A stretch of DNA of 64,000 bases from Mobula hypostoma. Taxonomy: Eukaryota. The translations under genes were made by a program, and so were the position numbers. The notes under the pieces were generated by a model. It made no database searches and was not told the origin of the DNA. It saw only the letters and a list, made by a program, of their open reading frames with translations. Shown here piece by piece: positions 25,101 through 40,100 of the stretch (the first letter of the stretch is position 1; each line of letters starts with the position of its first letter). The DNA lies in the NCBI RefSeq assembly GCF_963921235.1, contig NC_086109.1, positions 1,116,001 to 1,180,000 on the forward strand, in the 5' to 3' direction.

Positions 25101-28100
25101 CTCAAACCCCCTCTACCCCACACCTTCAAACACCCTCTCCCCCACACCTTCAAACCCCCTCTCCCCCACACCTTCAAACCCCCTCTCCCCCACACCTTCA
25201 AACCCCCTCTCCCCCACACCTTCAAACCCCCTCTCCCCCACACCTTCAAACCCCCTCTCCCCCACACCTTCAACCCCCTCTCCCCCACACCTTCAAACCG
25301 CTCTCCCCCACACCTTCAAACCCACTCACCCCCACACCCTCAAACCCCCTCTCCCCCACACCTCAAACCCCCTCTCCCCCCACACCTTCAAACCCCCTCT
25401 CCCCCCACACCTTCAAACACCCTCTCCCCCACACCTTCAAACCCCCTCTCCCCCCACACCTTCAAACCCCCTCTCCCCCACACCTTCAAACCCCCTCTCC
25501 CCCACACCTTCAAACCCACTCGCCCCCAAACCTTCAAACCCCCTCTCCCCCACACCTTCAAACCCCCTCTCACCCACACCTTCAAACCACTCGCCCCCCA
25601 CAGCTTCAAACCCCCTCTCCCCCACACCTTCAAACCCCCTCTCCCCCACACCTTCAAACCCCCTCTCCCCCACACCTTCAAACCGCCACTCTCCCACACC
25701 TTCAAACCCCCTCTCCCCCCACACCTTCAAACCCCCTCTCCCCCCACAGCTTCAAAACCCCTCTCCCCCACACCATCAAAACCCCTCTCCCCCACACCTT
25801 CAAACCCCCTCTCCCCCACACCTTCAAACCCCCTCTCCCCCACACCTTCAAACCCCCTCTCCCCCACACCTTTAACGCCCTCTCCCCCACACCTTCAAAC
25901 CCGCTCTCCCCCACACCTTCAACCTCCTCTCCCCCACACCTTCAAACCCCCTCTCCCCCACACCTTCAAACCCCCTCTCCCCCACACCTTCAAACCCCCT
26001 CTCCCGCACACCTTCAAACCGCTCTCCCCCACAACTTCAAACCACCTCTCCCCAAACCCTCAAACCCCCTCTCCCCCACACATTCAAACCCCTCTCCCCC
26101 CACACATTCAAACCCCTCTCCCCCCACACCTTCAACCACCATATCCCCCACACCTTCAAACCCCCTCTCCCCCACACCTTCAACCCCCTCTCCCCCACAC
26201 CTTCAACCCCCTCTCCCCCACACCTTCAAACCCACTCGCCCCCACACCTTCAAACCCCCTCTCCGCCCACACCTACAACCCCCTCTCCCCCACACCTTCA
26301 AACCACCTCCCCGCACACCTTCAAACCCCCTCTCCCCCACACCTTCAAACCCCCTCACCCCCAACACCTTCAAACCCCCTCTCCCCCACACCTTCAAACC
26401 CCCTCTCCCCCACACCTTCAAACCCCCTCTCCCCCCACACCTTCAAACCCCCTCTCCCCCCACACCTTCAAACCCCCTCTCCCCCACACCTTCAAACCCC
26501 CTCTCCCCCACACCTTCAAACCCCCTCTCCCCCACACCTTCAAACCCCCTCTCCCCCACACCTTCAAACCCCCTCTCCCCCACACCTTCAAACCTCCTCT
26601 CCCCCACACCTTCAAACCCCCTCTCCCCCACACCTTCAAACCCCCTCTCCCCCACACCTTCAAACCCCCTCTCCCCCACACCTTCAAACCCCCTCTCCCC
26701 CACACCTTCAAACCCCCTCACCCCCCACACCCTCAAACCCCCTCTACCCCACACCTTCAAACACCCTCTCCCACACACCTTCAAACCACTCTCCCCCACA
26801 CCTTCAACCTCCTCTCCCCCCACACCTTCAAACCCCCTCTCCCCCACACCTTCAAACCCCCTCTCCCCCACACCTTCAAACCCCCTCTCCCCCACACTTT
26901 CAAACCCCCTCTCCCCCACACCTTCAAACCCCTCTCCCCCACACCCTCAAACCCCCTCTCCCCCACACCTTCAAACCCCCTCTCCCCCACACCTTCAAAC
27001 CCCCTCTCCCCCACACCTTCAAATCCACTCTCCCCCCACACCTTCAAACCCACTCGCCCCCACACCTTCAAACACCCTCTCCGCCCACACCTACAACCCC
27101 CTCTCCCCCACACCTTCAAACCCCCTCTCCCCCACACCTTCAAACCCCCTCTCCCCCACACCTTCAAATCCACTCTCCCCCCACACCTTCAAACCACACT
27201 CCCCCACACCTTCAAACCCCTCTTCCCCCACACCTTCAAAGCCCCTCTCCCCCACACCTTCAAACCCCCTCTCCCCCACACCTTCAAACTTCCTCTCCCC
27301 CACACCTTCAACACCCTCTCCCCCACACCTTCAAACTGCTCTGCCCCACACCCTCAAACCCCCTCTCCCCCACACATTCAAACCCCTCACCCCCCACACC
27401 TACAACCCCCTCTCCCACACACATTCAAACCCCTCCCCCCCACACCTTCAACCCCCTCTCCCCCCACACCTTCAACCACCCTCTCCCCCCACACCTTCAA
27501 ACCCCCTCTCCCACATACCTTCAAACCCCCTCTCCCCCACACATTCAATCCCCTCTCCCCCCACACTTTCAACCACCTCTCGCCCCACACTTTCAACCAC
27601 CTCTCCCCCAACACCTTCAACCACACTCTCCCCACACCTTCAAAGCCCCTCTCCCCCACACCTTCAAACCCCCTCTCCCCCACACCTTCAAAACCCCTCT
27701 CCCCCCACACCTTCAAACCCCCTCTCCCCCACACCTTCAAACCCCCTCTCCCCCACACCTTCAAACCCCCTCTCCCCCCACACCTTCAAACCCCCTCTCC
27801 CCCACACCTTCAAACCCCCTCTCCCCCACACCTTCAAACCCCCTCACCCCCCACACCCTCAAACCCCCTCTACCCCACACCTTCAAACACCCTCTCCCAC
27901 ACACCTTCAAACCACTCTCCCCCAACACCTTCAAACCCCCTCTCCCCCACACCTTCAAACCCCCTCTCCCCCACATTTTAAACGCCCTCTCCCCCACACC
28001 TTCAAACCCGCTCTCCCCCCACACCTTCAAACCCGCTCTCCCCCCACACCTTCAAGCCCCTTTCCCCCACACCTTCAACCCCCTTTCCCCCACACCTTCA

Positions 28101-31100
28101 AACCCCTCTCCCCCACACCCTCAAACCCCCTCTCCCCCACACCTTCAAACCCCCTCTCCCCCACACCTTCAAACACCCTCTCCCCCACACCTTCAAAACC
28201 CCTCTACCCCACACCTTCAACCCCCTCTCCCCCACACCTTCAAACCCCTCTCCCCCCACACCTTCAACCACCCTCTCCCCCCACACCTTCAAACCCCCTC
28301 TCCCCCACACCTTCAAACCCCCTCTCCCCCACACCTTCAAACCCCCTCTCCCCCACACCTTCAACCACCTCTCCCCCACACCTTCAAACCACACTCTCCC
28401 CACACCTTCAAACCCCCTCTCCCCCACACCTTCAAACCCCCTCTCCCCCACACATTCAAACCGCTCTCCCCCCACACCTTCAAACCCCTCTCCCCCCACA
28501 CCTTCAACCACCCTATCCCCTACACCTTCTAACCCCCTCACCCCCACACCTTCAACCCCCTCTCCCCCACACCTTCAACCCCCTCTCCCCCACACCTTCA
28601 AACCCACTCGCCCCCACACCTTCAAACCCCCTCTCCGCCCACACCTACAACCCCCTCTCCCCCACACCTTCAAACCACCTCCCCCCACACCTTCAAACCC
28701 CCTCTCCCCCACACCTTCAAACCCCCTCACCCCCACACCTTCAAACCCCCTCTCCCCCACACCTTCAAACCCCCTCTCCCCCACACCTTCAAACCCCCTC
28801 TCCCCCCACACCTTCAAACCCCCTCTCCCCCACACCTTCAAAACCCCCTCTCCCCCACACCCTCAAACCCCCTCTCCCCCACACCTTCAAACCCCCTCTC
28901 CCCCACACCTTCAAACCCCCTCTCCCCCACACCTTTAACGCCCTCTCCCCCACACCTTCAAACCCGCTCTCCCCCACACCTTCAACCTCCTCTCCCCCAC
29001 ACCTTCAAACCCCCTCTCCCCCACACCTTCAAACTCCCTCTCCCCCACACCTTCAACCCCCTCTCCCCCACACCTTCAACGCCGTCTCCGCCACACCTTC
29101 CAACCCCCTCTCCCCCACACCTTCCAACCCCCTCATCCACACACCCTCAAACCCCCTCTACCCCACACGTTCAAACACCCTCACCCCCACACCCTCAAAC
29201 CCCCTCTACCCCACACGTTCAAACACCCTCTCCCACACACCCTCAAACGACTCTCCCCCACACCTTCAACCTCCACTCCCCCCACACCTTCAAACCCCCT
29301 CTCCCCCACACTTTCAAACTCCCTCTCCCCCACACCTTCAACCCTCTCTCCCCACACCTTCAATCCCCTCTCCCCCACACCTTCCAACCCCCTCACCCCC
29401 ACACCCTCAAACCGCCTCTACCCCACACGTTCAAACACCCTCTCCCACACACCCTCAAACGACTCTCCCCCACACCTTCAACCTCCACTCCCCCCACACC
29501 TTCAAACCCGCTCTCCCCCGCACCTTCAAACTCCCTCTCCCCCACACCTTCAACCCCCTCTCCCCCACACCTTCAACACCCTCTCCCCCACACCTTCAAA
29601 ACCCGCTCCCCCACACCCTCAAACCCCCTATCCCCCACACCTTCAAACCACTCCCCCCCAACACCTTCAACCCCTCTCCCCCACACCTTCAAACCCCCTC
29701 TCCCCCACACCTTCAAACTTCCTCTCCCCCACACCTTCAACACCCTCTCCCCCACACCTTCAAACACCCTCTCCCCCAGACCTTCAACCCCCTCTCCCCC
29801 CACACTTTCAACCACCTCTCCCGCCACACCTTCAACCACACTCTCCCCACACCTTCAAAGCCCCTCTCCCCCACACCTTCAAACCCCCGCTCCCCCACAC
29901 CTTCAAACCCCCTCTCCCCCTCACCTTCAAACCCCCTCTCCCCCTCACCTTCAAACCCCCTCTCCCCCACACCTTCAAACCCCCTCTCCCCCACACCTTC
30001 AACACCCTCTCCCCCACACCTTCAAACCCGCCTCTCCCCCACACCTTCAAACCCCTCTCCCCCACACCTTCAACCACCTCTCCCCCACACCTTCAACCAC
30101 ACTCTCCCCCACACCTTCAAACCCCTCTCGCCCCACACCTTCAAACCCCCTCTCCCCCACACCTTCAAACCCCTCTCCCCCCACACCTTCAAACCCCCTC
30201 TCCCCCCACACCTGCAACCACCCTATCCCCCACACCTTCTAACCCCCTCTCCCCCACACCTTCAACCCCCTCTCCCCCACACCTTCAAACCCCCTCTCCC
30301 CCACACCTTCAAACCCACTCGCCCCCACACCTTCAAACCCCCTCTCCGCCCACACCTACAACCCCCTCTCCCCCACACCTTCAAACCACCTCCCCCCACA
30401 CCTTCAAACCCCCTCTCCCCCACACCTTCAAACCCCCTCACCCCCAACACCTTCAAACCCCCTCTCCCCCACACCTTCAAACCCCCACTCCCCCACACCT
30501 TCAAACCCCCTCTCCCCCACACCTTCAAACCCCCTCTCCCCCCACAGCTTCAAACCCCCTCTCCCCCACACCATCAAAACCCACTCTCCCCCACACCTTC
30601 AACCTCCTCTCCCCCACACCTTCAAACCCCCTCTCCCCCACACCTTCAAACCCCCTCTCCCCCACACCTTCAAACCCCCTCTCCCCCACACCTTCAAACC
30701 GCTCTCCCCCACACCTTCAAACCCCCTCTCCCCCACACCCTCAAACCCCCTCTCCCCCACACCCTCAAACCCCCTCTCCCCCACACATTCAAACCCCTCT
30801 CCCCCCATACCTTCAACCACCCTCTCCCCCACACCTTCAAACCCCCTCTCCCCCACACCTTCAAACCCCTTTCCCCCACACCTTCAAACCCCCTCTCCCC
30901 CACACCTTCAAACCCACTCGCCCCCACACCTTCAAACCCCCTCTCCGCCCACACCTACAACCCCCTCTCCCCCACACCTTCAAACCACTCTCCCCCCACA
31001 CCTTCAAACCCCCTCTCCCCCACACCTTCAAACCCCCTCACCCCCACAGCTTCAAACCCCCTCTCCCCCACACCAACAAAACCCCTCTCCCCCACACCCT

Positions 31101-34100
31101 CAAACTCCCTCTCCCACACACCTTCAAACCCCCTCTCCCCCACACCTTCAAACCCGCTCTCCCCCACACCTTCAACCTCCTCTCCCCCACACCTTCAACC
31201 CCCTCTCCCCCACACCTTCAAACTCCCTCTCCCCCACACCTTCAAACCCCCTCTCCCCCACACCTTCAAACCCCCTCTCCCCCACACCTTCAAACCCCCT
31301 CACCCCCCACACCCTCAAACCCCCTCTACCCCACACCTTCAAACACCCTCTCCCACACACCTTCAAACTACTCTCCCCCACACCTTCAACCTCCACTCCC
31401 CCCACACCTTCAAACCCCCTCTCCCCCACACCTTCAAACTCCCTCTCCCCCACACCTTCAAACCCCCTCTCCCCCACACCTTCAAACCCCCTCTCCCCCA
31501 CACCTTCAAACCCCTCTCCCCCACACCCTCAAACCCCCTATCCCCCACACCTTCAAACCCCTCTCCCCAACACCTTCAACCCCCTCTCCCCCACACCTTC
31601 AAAACCACTCTCCCCCCACACCTTCAAACCCACTCGCCCCCACACCTTCAAACACCCTCTCCGCCCACACCTACAACCCCCTCTCCCCCACACCTTCAAA
31701 CCCCTCTCCCCCACACCTTCAACCCCCTCTCCCCCACACCTTCAAATCCACTCTCCCCCCACACCTTCAAACCCACTCGCCCCCACACCTTCAAACCCCC
31801 TCTCCGCCCACACCTACAACCCCCTCTCCCACACACCTTCAAACCACTCTCCCCCACACCTTCAACCTCCTCTTCCCCCACACCTTCAAACCCCCTCTCC
31901 CCCACACCTTCAAACCCCCTCTCCCCCACACCTTCAATCTTCCTCTCCCCCACACCTTCAACACCCTCTCCCCCACACCTTCAACACCCTCTCCCCCACA
32001 CCTTCAAACTGTTCTGCCCCACACCCTCAAACCCCCTCTCCCCCACACATTCAAACCCCTCACCCCCCACACCTACAACCCCCTCTCCCACACACATTCA
32101 AACCCCTCCCCCCCACACCTTCAAACCCCCTCTCCCCCTCACCTTCAAACCCCCTGTCCCCCCACACCTTCAAATCCCCCCCACACCTTCAAACCCCCTC
32201 TCCCCACACCTTCAAATCCCCTCACCCCCCACACCCTCAAACCCCCTCTACCCCACACCTTCAAACACCCTCTCCCACACACCTTCAAACCACTCTCCCC
32301 CAACACCTTCAAACCCCCTCTCCCCCACACCTTCAAACCCCCTCTCCCCCACATTTTAAACGCCCTCTCCCCCACACCTTCAAACCCGCTCTCCCCCCAC
32401 ACCTTCAAACCCGCTCTCCCCCCACACCTTCAACCCCCTTTCCCCCACACCTTCAACCCCCTTTCCCCCACACCTTCAAACCCCTCTCCCTCACACCCTC
32501 AAACACCCTCTCCCCCACACCTTCAACCTCCTCTCCCCCCACACCTTCAAACACCCTCTCCCCCACACCTTCAAACCCCCTCTACCCCACACCTTCAACC
32601 CCCTCTCCCCCGCACCTTCAACCCCCTCTCCCCCCACACCTTCAACCACCCTCTCCCCCACACCTTCAAAACCCCTCTACCCCACACCTTCAAACCCCCT
32701 CTCCCCCACACCTTCAAACCCCCTCTCCCCCACACCTTCAAACCCCCTCTCCCCCACACCTTCAAACCCCCTCTCCCCCACACCTTCAAACCCCTCTCCC
32801 CCACACCTTCAAACCACCTCTCCCCCACACCTTCAACCACACTCTCCCCACACCTTCAAACCCCCTCTCCCCCACACCTTCAAACCCCCTCTCCCCCACA
32901 CCTTCAAACCCCTCTCCCCCCACACATTCAAACCCCTCTCCCCCCACACCTTCAACCACCCTCTCCCCCACACCTTCAAACCCCCTCTCCCCCACACCTT
33001 CAACCCCCTCTCCCCCACACCTTCAACCCCCTCTCCCCCACACCTTCAAACCCACTCGCCCCCACACCTTCAAACCCCCTCTCCGCCCACACCTACAACC
33101 CCCTCTCCCCCACACCTTCAAACCACCTCCCCCCACACCTTCAAACCCCCTCTCCCCCACACCTTCAAACCCCCTCTCCCCCACACCTTCAAACCCCCTC
33201 TCCCCCACACCTTCAAACCCCTCTCCCCCACACCTTCAACCACCTCTCCCCCACACCTTCAACCACACTCTCCCCACACCTTCAAAGCCCCTCTCGCCCC
33301 ACACCTTCAAACCCCCTCTCCCCCACACATTCAAACCCCTCTCCCCCCACACATTCAAACCCCTCTCCCCCCACACCTTCAACCACCCTCTCCCCCACAC
33401 CTTCAAACCCCCTCTCCCCCACACCTTCAAACCCCCTCTCCCCCACACCTTCAACCCCCTCTCCCCCACACCTTCAAACCCACTCGCCCCCACACCTTCA
33501 AACCCCCTCTCCGCCCACACCTACAACCCCCTCTCCCCCACACCTTCAAACCACTCTCCCCCCACACCTTCAAACCCCCTCTCCCCCACACCTTCAAACC
33601 CCCTCACCCCCAACACCTTCAAACCCCCTCTCCCCCACACCTTCAAACCCCCTCTCCCCCACACCTTCAAACCCCCTCTCCCCCCACAGCTTCAAACCCC
33701 CTCTCCCCCACACCATCAAAACCCCTCTCCCCCACACCCTCAAACCCCCTCTCCCCCACACCTTCAAACCCCCTCTCCCCCACACCTTCAAACCCCCTCT
33801 CCCCCACACCTTCAACGCCCTCTCCCCCACACCTTCAAACCCGCTCTCCCCCACACCTTCAACCTCCTCTCCCCCACACCTTCAAACCCCCTCTCCCCCA
33901 CACCTTCAAACTCCCTCTCCCCCACACCTTCAACCCTCTCTCCCCCACACCTTCAACCCCCTCTCCGCCACACCTTCCAACCCCCTCTCCCCCACACCTT
34001 CAAACCCCCTCACCCCCACACCTTCAAACCCCCTCTACCCCACACGTTCAAACACCCTCACCCCCAAACCCTCAAACCCCCTCTACCCCACACGTTCAAA

Positions 34101-37100
34101 CACCCTCTCCCAAACACCCTCAAACGACTCTCCCCCACACCTTCAACCTCCACTCCCCCCACACCTTCAAACCCCCTCTCCCCCACACCTTCAAACCCCC
34201 TCTCCCCCACACCTTCAAACCCCCTCTCCCCCACACCTTCAACCCCCTCTCCCCCACACCTTCAAACCCCCTCACCCCCACACCCTCAAACCCCCTCTAC
34301 CCCACACGTTCAAACACCCTCTCCCACACACCCTCAAACGACTCTCCCCCACACCTTCAACCTCCACTCCCCCCACACCTTCAAACCCCCTCTCCCCCAC
34401 ACCTTCAAACTCCCTCTCCCCCACACCTTCAAACCCCCTCTCCCCCACACCTTCAACACCCTCTCCCCCACACCTTCAAACCCCTCTCCCTCACACCCTC
34501 AAACACCCTATCCCCCACACCTTCAAACCACTCCCCCCCAACACCTTCAACCCCTCTCCCCCACACCTTCAAACCCCCTCTCCCCCACACCTTCAAACTT
34601 CCTCTCCCCCACACCTTCAACACCCTCTCCCCCACACCTTCAAACACCCTCTCCCCCACACCTTCAACCCTCTCTCCCCCCACACTTTCAACCACCTCTC
34701 CCCCCACACCTTCAACCACACTCTCCCCACACCTTCAAAGCCCCTCTCCCCCACACCTTCAAACCCCCTCTTCCCCCACACCTTCAAACCCCCTCTCCCC
34801 CACACCTTCAAACCCCCTCTCCCCCACACCTTCAAACCCCCTCTCCCCCACACCTTCAAACTCCCTCTCCCCCACACCTTCAACCCCCTCTCCCCCACAC
34901 CTTCAAACCCCCTCTCCCCCACACCTTCAAACCCCTCTCCCCCACACCTTCAACCACCTCTCCCCCACACCTTCAACCACACTCTCCCCACACCTTCAAA
35001 GCCCCTCTCGCCCCACACCTTCAAACCCCCTCTCCCCCACACATTCAAACCCCTCTCCCCCCACACATTCAAACCCCTCTCCCCCCACACCTTCAACCAC
35101 CCTCTCCCCCACACCTTCAAACCCCCTCTCCCCCACACCCTCAAACCCCCTCTCCCACACACCTTCAAACCACCTCTCCCCCACACCTTCAAACCCACTC
35201 GCCCCCACACCTTCAAACACCCTCTCCGCCCACACCTACAACCCCCTCTCCCCCACACCTTCAAACCACCTCCCCCCACACCTTCAAACCCCCTCTCCCC
35301 CACACCTTCAAACCCCCTCACCCCCAACACCTTCAAACCCCCTCTCCCCCACACCTTCAAACCCCCACTCCCCCACACCTTCAAACGCCCTCTCCCCCAC
35401 ACCTTCAAACCCCCTCTCCCCCCACACCTTCAAACCCCCTCTCCCCCACACCATCAAAACCCCTCTCCCCCACACCTTCAAACCCCCTCTCCCCCACACC
35501 TTCAAACCCCCTCTCCCCCACACCTTCAAACCCCCTCTCCCCCACACCTTCAACCCCCTCTCCCCCACACCTTCAAACCCGCTCTCCCCCACACCTTCAA
35601 CCTCCTCTCCCCCACACCTTCAAACCCCCTCTCCCCCACACCTTCAACCCCCTCTCCCCCCACACTTTCAACCACCTCTCCCCCCACACCTTCAACCACA
35701 CTCTACCCACACCTTCAAAGCCCCTCTCCCCCACACCTTCAAACCCCCTCTCCCCCACACCTTCAAACCCCCTCTCCCCCACACCTTCAAACCCCCTCTC
35801 CCCCACACCTTCAAACCCCCTCTCCCCCACACCATCAAACCCCCTCTCCCCCACACCTTCAAACACCCTCTCCCCCACACCTTCAAACCCGCCTCTCCCC
35901 CACACCTTCAAACCCCTCTCCCCCACACCTTCAACCCCTCTCCCCCACACCATCAACCACACTCTCCCCACACCTTCAAAGCCCCTCTCGCCCCACACCT
36001 TCAAACCCCCTCTCCCCCACACATTCAAACCCCTCTCCCCCCACACATTCAAACCCCTCTCCCCCCACACCTTCAACCACCCTCTCCCCCACACCTTCAA
36101 ACCCCCTCTCCCCCACACCTTCAACCCCCTCTCCCCCACACCTTCAAACCCCCTCTCCCCCACACCTTCAAACCCACTCGCCCCCACACCTTCAAACCCC
36201 CTCTCCGCCCACACCTACAACCCCCTCTCCCCCACACCTTCAAACCACCTCTCCCCCACACCTTCAAACCCCCTCTCCCCCACACCTTCAAACCCCCTCA
36301 CCCCCAACACCTTCAAACCCCCTCTCCCCCACACCTTCAAACCCCCACTCCCCCACACCTTCAAACCCCCTCTCCCCCACACCTTCAAACCCCCTCTCCC
36401 CCCACACCTTCAAACCCCCTCTCCCCCACACCTTCAAAACCCCTCTCCCCCACACCCTCAAACCCCCTCTCCCCCACACCTTCAAACCCCCTCTCCCCCA
36501 CACCTTCAAACCCCCTCTCCCCCACACCTTCAACGCCCTCTCCCCCACACCTTCAAACCCGCTCTCCCTCACACCTTCAACCTCCTCTCCCCCACACCTT
36601 CAAACCCCCTCTCCCCCACACCTTCAAACTCCCTCTCCCCCACACCTTCAACCCCCTCTCCCCCACACCTTCAACCCCCTCTCCCCCACACCTTCAACCC
36701 CCTCTCCCCCACACCTTCAACCCCCTCTCCCCCACACCTTCAAATCCACTCTCCCCCCACACCTTCAAACCCACTCGCCCCCACACCTTCAAACCCCCTC
36801 TCCGCCCACACCTACAACCCCCTCTCCCACACACCTTCAAACCACTCTCCCCCACACCTTCAACCTCCTCTTCCCCCCACACCTTCAAACCCCCTCTCCC
36901 CCACACCTTCAAACCCCGTCTCCCCCTCACCTTCAAACCCCCTCTCCCCCACACCTTCAAACCCCCTGTCCCCCCCACACCTTCAAACCCCCTGTCCCCC
37001 CACACCTTCAAACCCCCCCTCACCTTCAAACCCCCTCTCCCCACACCATCAAATCCCCTCACCCCCACACCCTCAAACCCCCTCTACCCCAGACCTTCAA

Positions 37101-40100
37101 ACACCCTCTCCCACACACCTTCAAACCACTCTCCCCCACACCTTCAAACCCCCTCTCCCCCACACCTTCAAACCCCCTCTCCCCCACACCTTCAAACCCC
37201 CTCTCCCCCACACCTTCAAACCCCCTCTCCCCCACACCTTCAAACCCCCTCCCCCCAAACCTTCAAACCCCCTCTCCCCCACACCTTCAACCCCCTTTCC
37301 CCCACACCTTCAACCCCCTCTCCCCCACACCTTCAAACCCCCTCTCCCCCCAAAACCTTCAAACCCCCTCACCACCCACACCTTCAAACCTCCTCTCCGC
37401 CACACCTTCAAACCCCCTCTCCCCCAACACCTTCAAACCCCCTCTCCCCCACTCCTTCAACCCCCTCTCCCCCACTCCTTCAAACCCCCTCTCCCCCACA
37501 CCTTCAAACCCCCTCACCCCCCACACCCTCAAACCCCCTCTACCCCACACCTTCAAACACTTTCTCCCAAACACCTTCAAACCACTCTCCCCCACACCTT
37601 CAACCTCCTCTCCCCCACACCTTCAAACCCCCTCTCCCCCACACCTTCAAACCCCCTCTCCCCCACACCTTCAAACTCCCTCTCCCCCACACCTTCAAAC
37701 CGCCTCTCCCCCACACCTTCAAACCCCCTCTCCCCCACACCTTCAAACTCCCTTTCCCCCACACCATCAACCCCCTCTCCCCCACACCATCAAACCGCTC
37801 TCCCCCACACCCTCAAACCCCCTCTCCCCCCATACCTTCAACCACCCTCTCCCCCACACCTTCAACCCCCTTTCCCCCACACCTTCAACCCCCTCTCCCC
37901 CACACCTTCAACCCCCTCTCCCCCACACCTTCAAACCCACTCGCCCCCACACCTTCAAACCCCCTCTCCGCCCACACCTACAACCCCCTCTCCCCCACAC
38001 CTTCAAACCACCTCCCCCCACACCTTCAAACCCCCTCTCCCCCACACCTTCAAACCCCCTCTCCCCCACACCTTCAAACCCCCTCACCCCCCACACCCTC
38101 AAACCCCCTCTAACCCACACCTTCAAACACCCTCTCCCACACACCTTCAAACCACTCTCCCCCACACCTTCACAACACTCTCCCCCCACACCTTCAATCC
38201 CCCTCTCCCCCACACCTTCAAACCCCCTCTCCACCACACCTTCAAACCCCCTCTCCCCCCACACCTTCAAACCCCCTCTCCCCCCACACCTTCAAACCCC
38301 CTCTCCCCCAAACCTTCAAACCCCCTCTCCCCCACACCTTCAAACCCCCTCTCCCCCACACCTTCAAACCCCCTCACCCCCCACACCCTCAAACCCCCTC
38401 TAACCCACACCTTCAAACACCCCCTCTCCCACACACCTTCAAACCACTCTCCCCCACACCTTCACAACACTCTCCCCCCACACCTTCAAACCCCCTCTCC
38501 CCCACCCTTCAAACCCCCTCTCCCCCACACCTTCAAACCCCCTCTCTCCCCACACCTTCAAACCCCCTCTCCCCCAAACCTTCAAACCCCCTCTCCCCCA
38601 CACCTTCAAACCCGTGCCCTCAAACCTTCAAAACCCCTCTCCCCCACACCCTCAAACCCCCTCTCCCACACACCTTCAAACCACCTCTCCCCCACACCTT
38701 CAACGCCCTCTCCCTCAAACCTTCAAAACCCCTCTCCCCCACACCCTCAAACCCCCTCTCCCACACACCTTCAAACCACCTCTCCCCCACACCTTCAACG
38801 CCCTCTCCCCCACACCTTCAAACCCGCTCTCCCCCACACCTTCAACCTCCTCTGCCCCCACACCTTCAAACCCCCTCTCCCCCACACCTTGAAACTCCCT
38901 CTCCCCCACACCTTCAAACCCCTCTCCCCAACACCTTCAACACCCTCTCCCCCACACCTTCAACCCCCTCTTCCCCACACCTTCAAATCCACTCTCCCCC
39001 CACACCTTCAAACCCACTCGCCCCCACACCTTCAAACACCCTCTCCGCCCACACCTACAACCCCCTCTCCCCCACACCTTCAACCCCCTCTCCCCCACAC
39101 CTTCAAACCCGCTCTCCCCCACACCTTCAACCTCCTCTCCCCCCACACCTTCAAACCCCCTCTCCCCCACACCTTCAAACTCCCTCTCCCCCACACCTTC
39201 AAACCCCTCTCCCCAACACCTTCAACACCCTCTCCCCCACACCTTCAACCCCCTCTTCCCCACACCTTCAAATCCACTCTCCCCCCACACCTTCAAACCC
39301 ACTCGCCCCCACACCTTCAAACACCCTCTCCGCCCACACCTACAACCCCCTCTCCCCCACACCTTCAACCCCCTCTCCCCCACACCTTCAACCCCCTCTC
39401 CCCCACACCTTCAAATCCACTCTCCCCCCACGCCTTCAAACCCACTCGCCCCCACACCTTCAAACCCCCTCTCCGCCCACACCTACAACCCCCTCTCCCA
39501 CACACCTTCAAACCACTCTCCCCCACACCTTCAACCTCCTCTTCCCCCACACCTTCAAACCCCCTCTCCCCCACACCTTCAAACCCCGTCTCCCCCTCAC
39601 CTTCAAACCCCCTCTCCCCCACACCTTCAAACCCCTTGTCCCCCCCACACCTTCAAACCCCTTGTCCCCCCACACCTTCAAACCCCCCCTCACCTTCAAA
39701 CCCCCTCTCCCCACACCATCAAATCCCCTCACCCCCACACCCTCAAACCCCCTCTACCCCAGACCTTCAAACACCCTCTCCCACACACCTTCAACCCATT
39801 CTCCCCCAACACCTTCAAACCCCCTCTCCCCCACTCCTTCAAACCCCCTCTGCCCCCACACCTTCAAACCCCCTCTCCCCCAAACCTTCAAACCCCCTCT
39901 CCCCCACACCTTCAACCCCCTCTCCCCCACACCTTCAAACCCCCTCTCCCCCACACCTTCAACCCCATTTCCCCCACACCTTCAACCCCCTTTCCCCCAC
40001 ACCTTCAAAGCCCCTCTCCCCCCAAAACCTTCAAACCCCCTCACCCCCCACACCTTCAAACCTCCTCTCCGCCAAACCTTCAAACCCACTCTCCCCCACA